Of a stretch of 64,000 bases of DNA, positions 1 through 10,930 are shown one piece after another. Source of the DNA: Epithemia pelagica (taxonomy: Eukaryota; Protista; Bacillariophyta); contig OX337230.1 of the NCBI GenBank assembly GCA_946965045.2, positions 3,100,001 through 3,164,000 of the forward strand, written 5' to 3'. Made by a program: the position numbers and the translations under genes. The notes under the pieces were generated by a model. The model made no database searches. It was not told the origin of the DNA and was given only the letters and a program-made list of their open reading frames with translations. Within the stretch, counting starts at the first letter, position 1. Each line of letters begins with the position of its first letter.

Positions 1-122
1 AATGGCGAAAGTGACAAAACAAGAAAGAAGACCACAAACCTACCATGGTCGATGCTGCTTCCAATAGAGGATAAAAGACGATTCAACGTGAGGTCCAGAG
101 TGAACGATACGTATCCCACTGG

Positions 123-130
123 TTTTATAA
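123..130 (+). promoter_or_regulatory. TATA-like element upstream of the permuted tRNA
   Basis: TTTTATAA about 20-35 nt upstream of the predicted leader. Permuted tRNA genes in Cyanidioschyzon rely on upstream TATA elements. Confidence 0.4.
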
Positions 131-165
131 CTAAAATTCGGCGAAAAGGATGACGTTCGAAAGTG

Positions 166-247
166 AGCCGCTGGTCGCGAGTTCAAACCTCGCCTGGAGC
201 AACGTCGTGAGCTCTTGTAACTCAGTGGTCAGAGTGGCGGTCTTATG
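166..247 (+). tRNA. Circularly permuted tRNA-Ile(UAU): 3' half (nt 38-73) at 166-201 lies upstream of the 5' half (nt 1-37) at 211-247
   Basis: 3' half: A38, anticodon stem GCCGC (167-171), variable loop TGGTC, T arm GCGAG-TTCAAAC-CTCGC (177-193), acceptor strand CTGGAGC plus discriminator A (194-201). After a 9-nt spacer, 5' half: GCTCTTG (211-217), TA, D arm ACTC-AGTGGTCA-GAGT, G26, GCGGT, CT, anticodon TAT (244-246), G37. The halves assemble into a full cloverleaf with one U-U in the acceptor stem. Confidence 0.85.
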
Positions 248-458
248 GACTACGTCGACCACACCTTTTTTGCTTTTCCCCGTTCCATAGATATGCCTCT
301 AGCTACTCTAGCTACGGAGGAACAAGATACTTCGTGAGCTCTTGTAACTCAGTGGTCAGAGTGGCGGTCTTATGGACTACGTCGACCACACCTTTTTTGC
401 TTTTCCCCGTTCCATAGATATGCCTCTAGCTACTCTAGCTACGGAGGAACAAGATACT
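205..458 (+). repeat. Exact 127-bp tandem duplication (205-331, 332-458) carrying a second tRNA 5' half, trailer and terminator
   Basis: Direct comparison: TCGTGAGCTCTTGTAACTC...AAGATACT occurs twice with period 127. Confidence 0.95.
266..271 (+). terminator. RNA polymerase III T-run terminator of the permuted tRNA
   Basis: TTTTTT 19 nt after G37, directly after the trailer that pairs with the leader. Confidence 0.7.
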
Positions 459-963
459 CCTATCTTTGATTTACTTGCAATTTGCAATCAATCGAAAAAG
501 CCATTTTCCGATCATATAGTTGGATGGAATAGAACTCTGGAGGTGGAGGGTGAAATGATGGGAGATGGGAGGGACGAATGATGTGAAAAATCAATTCTCC
601 TTTCATCTTTTTGTCTTGTGTCTTGTACTCACAAGTAAAGCGGAGCGGGTTTGGCTACTCGTGACTGGATTTGATTTCGTCCAAGTGTTCTGTATTGAGT
701 TACACCAGCCGAGAGTTAACTATGGGCTTACCGCTCGCGCTGGGGCGTTTCCATGGAGTGAAGTGACAACCTCCATCAAGGACGCGCCGCCGCCGCACCC
801 CAACCAAACATGGCGAAATTCGGAAGCAGGTCATTTCGACGCGTCGTCGAAAGTTCGGATCCATCGTGCGTCCAGACCAATTTGCATTCCATTGGTTTGG
901 ACCAACCCGTCGTCGTCCCTATCAATCACCGCTACTTGTTTCCTAACAAAGACTCCATATATC

Positions 964-2637
964 ATGTCTCTGTTGTCGAAAACGACCCTATCCTATGGTT
1001 CCTTGAGAGGAAGTGCTGCGGCGTCCTGCTTCGGCCGCTCCGTGTGGCAGGTGGGAGCCGCTACACGCCCTCCACAACTTCCACGGAGCAATGGTTGTCG
1101 TCGAAGTGTCACGACGCATGCCCAACTCCCCGAAGAACATCGCATGGTCTACGAAATGTGTCGCAAATTCGCCGATGAAGTCTTGGCACCTCAGGCCGGT
1201 ACCTGGGATCAAAAACATGAATTTCCCAAGGATGCCGTCCAACAATTGGTAGGTTTCAGCCGACGACGACAACCAGGATGATGACCGATGTCGACGAGTC
1301 ACAGTCCCTTTGGGTGTCCCATTCTGGTTTCGTGAACTCTCAACAAACAATTATGATCTCTTTGTGTCTCTCTGTTTTTGGATGGGTCTGCAGGCCGAAC
1401 TGGGTCTCATGGGCATTAATACTTCGGCGGATCAAGGTGGATCGGAATTGGATGCCTTATCCTATGCGATTGCCATGGAAGAAATCTCACGAGGTTGTGC
1501 CAGTGTGGGTGTGATTATGAGTGCACACAATTCCCTCTATTTGTTTCCGATTCAAAAATTTGGCACGGACGCCCAAAAGGAACAATTTGTCACACCCTAC
1601 GTTTCCGAAAAGATTGGTTGCTTTGGTTTGAGTGAACCGGGCAATGGAAGTGATGCTGGTGCTGCCTCAACGACGGCCACCTTGGAAGGAGACGAATGGG
1701 TCATCAATGGGACCAAGGCATGGATTACCAATGCCTATGAGGCGTCGGCAGCCATTGTGTTTGCCACCACGGATAAATCACTCAAGTACGATTTCCAATG
1801 ACCGTGACATGGCATTGTATGGGTTCGTTGCTGACCCCTTGTATTTGGTTCTTTTTCATTTTTTATATTTTGATCTTAAACCCCAAAGACACAAGGGAAT
1901 TTCGGCCTTTATTGTTCCAACGGATAGTCCTGGTTTCTCTTTGGGAGCCAAGGAAGACAAATTGGGGATCCGTGCGTCGTCGACGGCAAACTTGATTGTG
2001 GATCAAGTCCGTATTCCCAAGGAAAACAAATTGGGAGAAGAAGGTACGTTGCAACTCTGACGGATTTGGTTCTTGTTGCAGTGTTTCGCTTGGACAACAG
2101 CGGATACCAACAAACATGTTTGACTGAATTTCTTTTTGTACAACCAAACGAACCATCTCAGGTCAAGGATTCAAAATTGCCATGTCTACATTGGATGGTG
2201 GTCGAATTGGTGTGGCAGGACAAGCATTGGGTATTGCCTCAGCTTCCATTGATTGTGCTGTCAAATACGCCTTGGAACGACGGGCCTTTGACAAACCCAT
2301 TGCTGAAATGCAAACGATTCAAAACAAAATTTCCACCATGGTCGTTGCTCGCGATGCGGCACGACTCTTGACATGGCGGGCGGCTCAAGTCAAGGATGCT
2401 GGAGAGAATTATACAAGAGAAGCCGCCATGGCCAAATTGGCTGCCAGTGAAGCGGCCACCATGTGCAGTCATCAAGCCATTCAAATCTTGGGAGGAATGG
2501 GTTATGTCACGGACATGCCTGTCGAGCGACATTACCGGGATGCTCGTATTACCGAAATCTACGAAGGCACATCGGAAATTCAACATTTGGTCATTGCCGG
2601 ATCGGTCATCAAAGAGTACAAGAATCAACAAGGATAG
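964..2637 (+). CDS. ACADS: Mitochondrial short-chain acyl-CoA dehydrogenase; exons 964-1248, 1394-1785, 1889-2043, 2162-2637
   Basis: Motifs [68 protein letters not shown]. Three GT-AG introns rejoin the frame. Arg/Ser-rich N-terminus. Confidence 0.9.
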
Positions 2638-2842
2638 TCATACAACGATATTAATAGAATGATTTTCTCGAACTATGCATATTGTGAAAAGAGAACTACG
2701 ATAATAGACTTTATGGTTGCTCTTACTATGCCACAGCAATGGTGATGGAGTTTCACCCAGCGTTTTTCTGTCCATACCATCACTCGGACCTCTAGAGAAT
2801 GGAAGAATGACAGAAGCAAGGATCTACAGATCATTTCATCTC

Positions 2843-3892
2843 TTATTCAACAGCAGTCGGCTTCACCGTGGCATGTTTGGACCAATACTGAACGGCTGCC
2901 ATGTATTCGTCACGATTCAAGGGTACACCACTCCCTCCTTCTTCTTTGCCCAAGGCATTGCGCATGGCTGTAATGGGTGTCATGGGCAATTCCTCATCCA
3001 CCAGTTGAGCCTTGATGGATACAATACCCCAGGGTGCATCTTCGTCTTGTTGTTCTTGTGCCATGGCAGCGTTTTCTTTGCGAATTTGTTCTCTTGAATA
3101 CAAGATAATATCCAAATGGGATGCCACGGGCAATTCTTGTTGTTGCAGCACTAGTTCTTCGGGGAAGTACCGCACCAAGACGGGGAGTTCTTGATCGTTG
3201 CGAGCCTCATATTCCGTTCGGAGCAAATGTTGATTGTCGGCTGTAATGGGAAGGACATTGACGCGAGCCGATTGGGTATAGCCATTATTTTTGAGAAACA
3301 AGTGTTTGCAAAAGGAAGCATATCCATCCTTAAGTAAGGACGGATCGTACTGCGCATTCACAATGTCTTCCATTTGTTGGACAGTCAAATCGGTAAAGAC
3401 CGTACCCTTGTAAGCAGCACTGGCTTTTTGGTGCTCACTAAATTGACGGAAACAAAAGGGATCGACCACAATGTGCTTTGTCTTTGTGGAATCGGAAGGA
3501 GATGATGATGATGAAGCCATTCTGACTATTCGAATTCCGTTGGAGGAAGGGGAGCGACGTGGACAGAGACTCGAATGATTTTTCTGCGGAAAACGATGAG
3601 GAAAAGCTTTGCCGAACCGCAATGATGATACTGACGTTGTCGTTCGATGGTGAATACGACCAGGGGAAAGACTACTAGTTGATGTCAAGAAGGAAACGGC
3701 GGTTGGCAGCGACGAGACGCAATAGAGATAGCACCAGGAAGGAAACCACGAAGACAAAAAGGATAGTGCTGATGGTGTAGAGCGACGAGCAGGAAAGGTA
3801 ACGCTTCTCATCGGTTGTAGTGTCGTAGAAGATGATGGTTCATGGTCGGCGTTGGTATCTTTCTGGAAAAGGCTCAATCGCCTTTCAGTCAT
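2843..3892 (-). CDS. DUF3228-family protein
   Basis: Motifs DGYASFCKHLF, ILYSREQI, WGIVSIKAQ, PMTPITAMRNALGKEEGGSGVPL recognised as DUF3228. The true start may lie downstream of 3892. Confidence 0.75.
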   Translation of the reverse strand: MTERRLSLFQKDTNADHEPSSSTTLQPMRSVTFPARRSTPSALSFLSSWFPSWCYLYCVSSLPTAVSFLTSTSSLSPGRIHHRTTTSVSSLRFGKAFPHRFPQKNHSSLCPRRSPSSNGIRIVRMASSSSSPSDSTKTKHIVVDPFCFRQFSEHQKASAAYKGTVFTDLTVQQMEDIVNAQYDPSLLKDGYASFCKHLFLKNNGYTQSARVNVLPITADNQHLLRTEYEARNDQELPVLVRYFPEELVLQQQELPVASHLDIILYSREQIRKENAAMAQEQQDEDAPWGIVSIKAQLVDEELPMTPITAMRNALGKEEGGSGVPLNRDEYMAAVQYWSKHATVKPTAVE

Positions 3893-4580
3893 AAGAAATT
3901 GGTCGCTCTTGAGACGCCTGGAATCCGGATCACATCACTCCTAAGCGGGGTAATTTCGAGGGTGTAGTTTCTGGGAGATACACCCTATGAGTCTCCCGCT
4001 GGGAGGTGACAAGCACATGTCACACACTCCTTCCAACAGACGGTACGATCGAAGGGCATCCAATGGAAGCGGCACCCGACTGCAATTGTTGCTGTCGCTT
4101 CGGTTGCTTTTATGGGAAGGACTTTAAGTTTGATTGCTCGTGCGTGTGCCAACGACGTGGAGCAGACAAACGATCGACACACTACGAGTATTCATTGGCA
4201 GGGAACAGGAGATGTCTCCCCTTTCTCCGACTCCCAAGCGCGTGCAGTTGGTCCTCATTCACAGACCATTGAAGAAGAGAAAGAACATCGGTACTCTCTA
4301 CCGCTTTGAAGATACCTTTTGGTTTGGGGGAAACCGCATATCCTGACTTATTTCGTGTGCTCCCACACTTTCGATCTGTTTGGTTCGGATTCTCCTCCAT
4401 CGACTTCGCGTTGCGTTGATTGCGTGGTGCAATTGCATCTTGAGTTTAGATCTCCCTCGTAGGACGCATTGGCACGACACATCAACAAGTTTCATATCGA
4501 CAGGAGGACGAGAAGCGAGAAGCTTTCCTTTGATTTCATTCCTTGACTGGCGAGAAAGAAGGAAGGTAGACGAAACCACC

Positions 4581-5697
4581 ATGTTCGCAACCACCATTCC
4601 TCGAACGGCATTATCAGGACAACGACAAACATGCGGGAGGGCCGTCGTCCGGATGGCTTCTTATTCCTCCAAGATTGCCTTTTCCAGCATGGCTGCCGCC
4701 TTTCCTTGCTTGGACAATGAGGTGGAACCAAATGTCACACCAGATACCATGCTGGCCTCCTCCTTCCCGAAAATGGTGTTGATTTTGGGAAAACCAGGTG
4801 GAGGAAAAGGAACCATTAGTGGCAAAATTCTTCAGGTATGACGAAAGGGATACTGTCCTTTGATGTTGGTATTGAACGCTCACTGACACTTTTGGTTGGC
4901 ATGCCAGGATTTTCCATCGTTTTCTCATGTATCGACAGGCGATTTGTTGCGTCAGCATGTTCGCTCTCAAACTGAATTGGGAAAGGAAGCCAAGGCGTTT
5001 ATGGACGCCGGTGCCTTGGTACCAGATCAGCTCATGATTGATTTGGTCTTGGATGCAGCGGCCGAGATGACCGACACAGATACCACCACGTCTTGCAACT
5101 CCACTACGAAATCCCTGTTGTTGGATGGCTTTCCTCGCAATGTCGTGCAAGCTCATGCCTTGGAAAACAACCATACTTCATCGAGTGGCATTTCGGTTGA
5201 TTGGGTCGTCAACCTCAATGTTCCCACGGAAACCATTGTCGAAAGGATTGCCGATCGATGGATTCATCCAGCCTCGGGTCGGGTCTACTCATATTCCTAC
5301 CAACCACCCAAGCAACATGGATTGGACGATGTCACGGGAGAGCCCCTGATCCAACGAACGGATGATCAACCTGAAACGGTTCGACAACGATTGCAGGCCT
5401 ATGATGAGGTACGTGTCTCGTGGAAATTACAGGGAATTCTAGCGTTTTTGGTGTCGTTGATTTGGAATCCTTGATACTAATATACCCGCTTCGCGTTTCT
5501 GTTTTTCAACCTTCCAATTGATATGGATTGGATCAACATTGCACTGTAAAACCTCTCACCAGGTTACGGCGCCATTGGTGGATTATTATGAGCAAAAGGG
5601 CGTATTGCAGACATTTTCGGGTACACAAAGTGATGTTCTTTATCCACAGGTCCGACAGTGGCTGATGCAACAAGGCTTTGTTGCAGAAGAGTCATAG
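4581..5697 (+). CDS. adk: Adenylate kinase, organellar type; exons 4581-4835, 4908-5408, 5563-5697
   Basis: P-loop GKPGGGKGT, HVSTGDLLR, LLDGFPR, LID region RWIHPASGRVY, QRTDD. Two GT-AG introns restore the frame. Confidence 0.9.
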
Positions 5698-6359
5698 TGC
5701 TGCGTTAGTGGCGCATGGTATTCTCCTGTCATTCGCCAAACTGTATCTGGTCATGATTTCATGTGGGTATGGCTGGTGTGGTTGTGGGATGATTGGCATG
5801 GCTGCGAAAGACTGTGGAAGAAAGAAACCCAATGTCTGGAATCACGAGATTGATTGAAAATGAAATGGACCTTGTAGATGTAGGGGTTCTCCTGTAGCAG
5901 TGAGAGAAACCAGGGAAGGACGAGAGTCATACTAGAGAGAGTGTTGCGTATATGGGCAGAAGCAAGAAAATGACAAAAATCACCAATGCACGCACACATC
6001 TCCTGACTGATCCAATTGAGCTACATCTCGAATTGCGTTTAGTGAAATGAAATTGCGTCACGAATGGAAAATGTGCAAACGGCATGAGCCAGAATCAGAA
6101 TCAATGCTTCCAAGTTGTAATCCACTGAGCTAATTAATAATCAGTAATTTTTCCATTTCTTGTCTGAGCAAGATTGAATATTGCCTCCATATGAAGGATC
6201 GAGTCATTTCAACCATGTTTATGTCCAATACTATGGCTGGCAGATGTACTACTCCACCCATGTTTCAATGTCTATGTATAGTGAGATATCTCTATTACTC
6301 TATCCCTGCAATCCTGTAGGATCCATTTCGATTGACCCTCCTTGTTTCCGTGAGTTACG

Positions 6360-7748
6360 CTACTCTTTCAAGGCACTGAGGTACCCGACGCGGCCACCGG
6401 GCCAATGCAAAGGCGCGGACATGAAACTTCGACGAATGGCATTGCCCGTCAACCAGGCATTGGCAATCGGGTTGGATTGTACTTGTCCGACAATACGTTC
6501 ATGTTCACCAAAGGAGACGGGTCGTTGGGTCACGTGTCCCACTTGAATCGGCCAAAACCGACCGGGTGGAGCCACGGCATCTGGTTCGGCGGGCCATACC
6601 GGAGGCAAGGAAATGACTGGATCAAAGCCAGTAATGTCCCGATTGCCTAGCAAATCCAACAAGAATCGTTGATCATTGACAGCGCGGGTGAAACTGGCAT
6701 TGCCCACCTTGGGTTGTGCCACCGAAATACAGGCACAGAGATCAATATTCTCTTGTGCGTGCAAGTCCAAGAGTGATACAGCCGCCAAGGCGGCCCCTTG
6801 GGAATGACCCGTCACATAGAGCTGTACCTTGGAGGACTGTCCTGCCGCCAGAGAAGGATCGTGTTGACTGTTTGTGCTCGGTTGACGAGCCAGCTCTTCC
6901 AAAGTGCTCAATAACTCGGTGCGGAGGGATAGATAACCATTCAAAAACCCTTTGGCAACTTGTTCGCCTTGTTGATTCTGGTAGGAGGGGGTCTCATAGT
7001 CGGTCAATTCCCAGTTAATGTTTCGCAACCAATCCGGAAAGAACTGACGAGTCGGATCGTCATCGGGCAACTCGGTACCCCGAAATGCCAAAATGGCAAA
7101 TGGGGTTGCCTTGTTCTCGGAGTTACTCGTACTACTATCGATTGTGTTGGTGGTGGTGGTCAAGAGCATGGCTTGTGCAGTGCTCCTGTTTTGACCATTC
7201 AAGAGCGTCACAGTCCAACGATTCTGGGGGTTTTGTGCCAAGGTACGTTGGGCATCCGCCGCACTGGCATAGGACAAGGCCGATGCCACGGTCAAAATAC
7301 GGGCCGGTCCTCGAATATCCGCTGTATAAAAATTTCCCCCCGCCTGTTTCCAGGCCTGCAACTGTGTCATGGCCCTGGAGGTATGGCTCAAAAGTTGCCA
7401 GTCCTCGTGAGAGACACCCGTGGCTTCGGGGGCAATGGGCTGGTACAAGCCCGTCGTCAGCAAGGTGGCGGTCCAAAGATCCTGCGCCAATCCCGTCGTT
7501 CCCCTCCACGAATCGACCGCCGCCGACACCAAACGCAAATGCGCTGTATCGTGTGTCACTTGGAGAACCGCCGAACCCGCCGAGACCCAGCCGCTCGCGG
7601 CAAAGACAAAACCATGCAATCCTTGATAAAAGGTTTGTTGGACCAGGTTCGCCTCATGATTGTCGTCGTCGCCGTCGTCCTTCCTCTCCTTCACACGATT
7701 GTGCAACTGGTTGTTGAAAGCAACGCTGGAAAGGTCTTCTAGTTCCAT
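6360..7748 (-). CDS. Class 3 lipase (alpha/beta hydrolase)
   Basis: LAFRGTE, VAKGFLNGY, nucleophile elbow VTGHSQGAALA, QPKVGN, FDPVISLPP. Confidence 0.85.
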   Translation of the reverse strand: MELEDLSSVAFNNQLHNRVKERKDDGDDDNHEANLVQQTFYQGLHGFVFAASGWVSAGSAVLQVTHDTAHLRLVSAAVDSWRGTTGLAQDLWTATLLTTGLYQPIAPEATGVSHEDWQLLSHTSRAMTQLQAWKQAGGNFYTADIRGPARILTVASALSYASAADAQRTLAQNPQNRWTVTLLNGQNRSTAQAMLLTTTTNTIDSSTSNSENKATPFAILAFRGTELPDDDPTRQFFPDWLRNINWELTDYETPSYQNQQGEQVAKGFLNGYLSLRTELLSTLEELARQPSTNSQHDPSLAAGQSSKVQLYVTGHSQGAALAAVSLLDLHAQENIDLCACISVAQPKVGNASFTRAVNDQRFLLDLLGNRDITGFDPVISLPPVWPAEPDAVAPPGRFWPIQVGHVTQRPVSFGEHERIVGQVQSNPIANAWLTGNAIRRSFMSAPLHWPGGRVGYLSALKE

Positions 7749-8071
7749 GGTCGTTTTTGTCCAAAGAATCTTTTTGTGGGGATTGGGGAATAAAAAAATG
7801 AGACCCGACTAAAAATCGTGACTACTGAGTACTGAGTCACGTGCGAGCGACACATCCGCGATCCGCGTTCCTTTAATTTTCTCCGAAAGATCCAAGTCTC
7901 ACTTAAACGTCCACCCCCAAGTTTGCACCGCCAACCGCCAACCGCAAACGACAACAACAAGAATTCCCAAACTGTGTTGAGGCTCCACAGGCTTGATTGT
8001 TTTGACTTGGCAGTTGGCAGGGACCTTTTCGCTGGTGAACTGAAAGGGGCAAGAGGGTTGAGGGTGCGACG

Positions 8072-9405
8072 ATGATGTGGACTGTATCGAGCAGCAGCGA
8101 CTCCTCTTCACAACTATCCACGTGTTTTATTCGCCCTCCTTCGTGGGATGCTTGGAAGTATGCTCTGGCAATTCATGTGGATAGTCTCGTCTGTGGATCC
8201 ATACCTTTGGCCCTCCTATTGTATCGACTTCGAGGAAAGCAACGCGGTACTCGCCAACCAACCACGACCGTTGCCAAATCACCTTCTTCTTCTTCTTCTT
8301 CTTCTTCTTGGTGGTGGTCCGTTCGACAAGTTTGTTGTTTTGGTTTGGCCGTTTTTGCGGCATCCATCCCCCCTCTCCTCCTATCATGGTCCAATCACTA
8401 TCAGTGGTGGATCACGCATCCGCAAAGCCTGGATAGCAGCAGACTGACAGGGGAAACGAAAACGTACGAATGGATGGGAGGCTTTTTGTTGGCCACCTTT
8501 GGTTTCTCCAACTTTTTCAAAATTTGCAATGCCGGATTTGGCTATTATCCGGAAGGTGCCGATGCCACTCTTCATAGCTGGTGTTTGTGGTTTTTGCTCA
8601 TTCCGGAACCACGTTTTGTCTAGGGCAACCTGCAGGGTCCAGCATCGGCCACTTATATACGAACCAAAGTGTTGGAATGGATCTGGAAAGTGATACTCGT
8701 GGGTGCCATTGTTTCCTTACTATTGGCACAAACACAAGCACCTCAGTTCAACTTGTTTCATCCAACTACAGAATCATCGACAACGCGCTTGTATCTCCCA
8801 TCCTGGCTGGCGACTGTGTTGAATGGCTATGTGCATTTGTGGTTGCTTTACTTGTTTACTGCCTTTTGTTTGGACTTTTCCATAGTCTCCAACCTTTTGA
8901 CCAACGGCGGAACAGTGTATTTTGAAGAAGGCTTTGCGAATCCCTTGTTGGCCTCTCGGACCTTTCGTCAAGCCTGGGGAGAACGGTGGAACAAAACGGT
9001 CGGACTCTTGCTCAAACGAACGATTTACATTCCGGCTCGACAAGATGGCAACCTGCCTGCTTCCATGGCTGCCCTCTTGACGTTCTGGCCTCTGGAGCCT
9101 TACACGAATACAATTTCTCCGTTCACAATGGAGCGCACTATTACCAACAGGATTTGGGAAAGGCCCTAATCTTTTTTGGGACCATGGGAATTTGGATGTT
9201 GGTCGAAGAGTCTGTCTTTCGCACATGCTTGCCCCGTCGAACTCAAGCATGGATCCAAGACAAGCTTCCCACGGCAGTCATTTCCATTTCCTTGTCACTC
9301 TTGTTCGCGGCTGGACCCTTTGAACTATTTTTTATCAAGAGTTGGTTCCAAGCCGGTATGGTAGAAACCTTGTCTCATTTGTTTCCAATTTATCAGTGTT
9401 CCTGA
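8072..9405 (+). pseudogene. MBOAT-2 / wax-synthase-like acyltransferase with a nonsense codon and a frameshift
   Basis: ORFs 8072-8623 and 8669-9169 share one frame separated only by TAG at 8621-8623. A frameshift near 9083-9087 joins LLTF to LASGALHEY (catalytic His). Also NPLLASRTFRQAWGERWN and several hydrophobic helices. Confidence 0.7.
8283..8309 (+). repeat. (CTT)9 microsatellite encoding poly-Ser in the MBOAT frame
   Basis: Read directly. Confidence 0.9.
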
Positions 9406-9875
9406 GAAAATCAATCTCCACCATCCTCCTGCACTCTTTATATTGTAAACCGTAAAGGGTTTGTTCGTGTGGAGAATCAAGTCTTGACGCGCAAGTCTAC
9501 GCATACTTGTTTCCTGGATCTCGGTTCCATTTGTCGAAATGGAATTCTGATATACATTTGGCCAAAAGTTGTTGTTTCTGGCACGAGGTTGGATCGTTCA
9601 ACGGTCTTTGATCATAACGAACGCAAAAGACGACCTGGAAAAGGGCTTATCCAATGAGTACGACCGAACGAGGCAGGCCTTAGGCTACGTTATGGTAGAG
9701 TTGATATGAAAACGGAGGAAAGGGAATAGGGAAGCAAAGAAACCCATAGAGGACATAGTATTTTGACTCCTCGAATAACCACTGCCCCCTTATGGATCTT
9801 ACCGCCCCCACTCCTTTGCACCACCCCCAGATAGCATGATTTTCTTTAATTTTCGTTGAATCAGTTCGGATCACA

Positions 9876-10637
9876 ATGGGAATGAGAAGCATGGCGCGTT
9901 TGCTTCTTCCATGGAGCATTCTTTTCCTGTTTCAATCTCCCAGGGTTTGTCTCTCATTTTCGGCTTCTCCACCACCACCAACATTTTCTACGTATTGTCA
10001 AGCGCGAGGAAACTCCTTTCATTATGGTCCGGCAGGGTCCAGCGCAGTGTTTTTTGTAGCAACAACTACATCCACGGATACACCCAGCAACAAGACAGTT
10101 GTGGTCTCGTCCGATGCATCCGAAAATGAAAACGAGAAAAAGAGTATTCAAATAATGTTGCGTGAAGCTCAAGCACTTCGAGGAGAAGCATTGTCTTTGG
10201 AACGAGCCTTGAATCAGTCCAAGATTGAAAAGGCCAGCTTGGAAGAAGCCAAGATCGATAAGTGGATTCAAGACTTGCTGTTTGTTCCGACACAATCAAC
10301 AACAACAGAGCTCTTGAATACAGCCGAGGGTGCTTTTGAACGTCTCAAGGACGATCGCTTTTCGCAGGAACAAGTGAACAAGATTTTTCGTCGTATTTGT
10401 TCGCAACAAAAACAAAGTCGCAGTAATCATTCCCCCATCATGGCTTTATTATTGGATGCGGTGGGGAAATTAGATGATTTGGAGCGCCAAGATAATCCCA
10501 ACAAACGATGGAGTGGACGTGTGGAACAGGCCTTGCAAAAGAAACTGTTTGCGGCCGATTGGAACATTGAACTGCAGGATGAAGAAGAAGCCGATCGACA
10601 AAATCCATTCAAGCTACCCTCGCAAAACCTATTCTGA
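9876..10637 (+). CDS. Hypothetical protein, probably plastid-targeted
   Basis: 253-aa ORF with a hydrophobic signal peptide ending CLS-F, a Ser/Thr/Pro-rich transit-like segment and a coiled-coil-like core. Confidence 0.65.
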   Translation: MGMRSMARLLLPWSILFLFQSPRVCLSFSASPPPPTFSTYCQARGNSFHYGPAGSSAVFFVATTTSTDTPSNKTVVVSSDASENENEKKSIQIMLREAQALRGEALSLERALNQSKIEKASLEEAKIDKWIQDLLFVPTQSTTTELLNTAEGAFERLKDDRFSQEQVNKIFRRICSQQKQSRSNHSPIMALLLDAVGKLDDLERQDNPNKRWSGRVEQALQKKLFAADWNIELQDEEEADRQNPFKLPSQNLF

Positions 10638-10930
10638 ATCGTATTGCCTTGGGTGTGTGCTAAAGAACACCCTTTCAAGCCACGGTGCAATCGAGCCAGG
10701 GTTCGCTCAGAAACTGCCTTTAACTCGACGCCTTGCATTGGGTGAAAAGCCAGTGAGGCAACACCGTAACAATTTCTAATGACATCTACTCATTGGACAT
10801 TTTGCTGAAAGGAGTGTCGAAGACAGATCAGTGTAGCATGAATGAAACTAGATATCACAAACAGAGTGTTTTGTCTAAATCGAAATGTAATGAAGCCGCT
10901 GTTGTACGGCTAGATCTGAAAGATCATCTG

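Noticed and set aside
1-60. Possible minus-strand gene start (ATG followed by GTAGGT at ~46-38) running off the window
   Set aside because: Only a start codon and a donor-like site; no coding sequence in the window to support it.
372-963. ORFs 372-581 and the N-terminal extension of 565-1281
   Set aside because: They overlap the duplicated tRNA segment and the 5' region of the acyl-CoA dehydrogenase; no protein-like signal.
6960-7742. Long antisense ORFs over the lipase (260 and 210 aa), and similar shadows over other genes
   Set aside because: Opposite-strand shadows of recognisable coding sequence.
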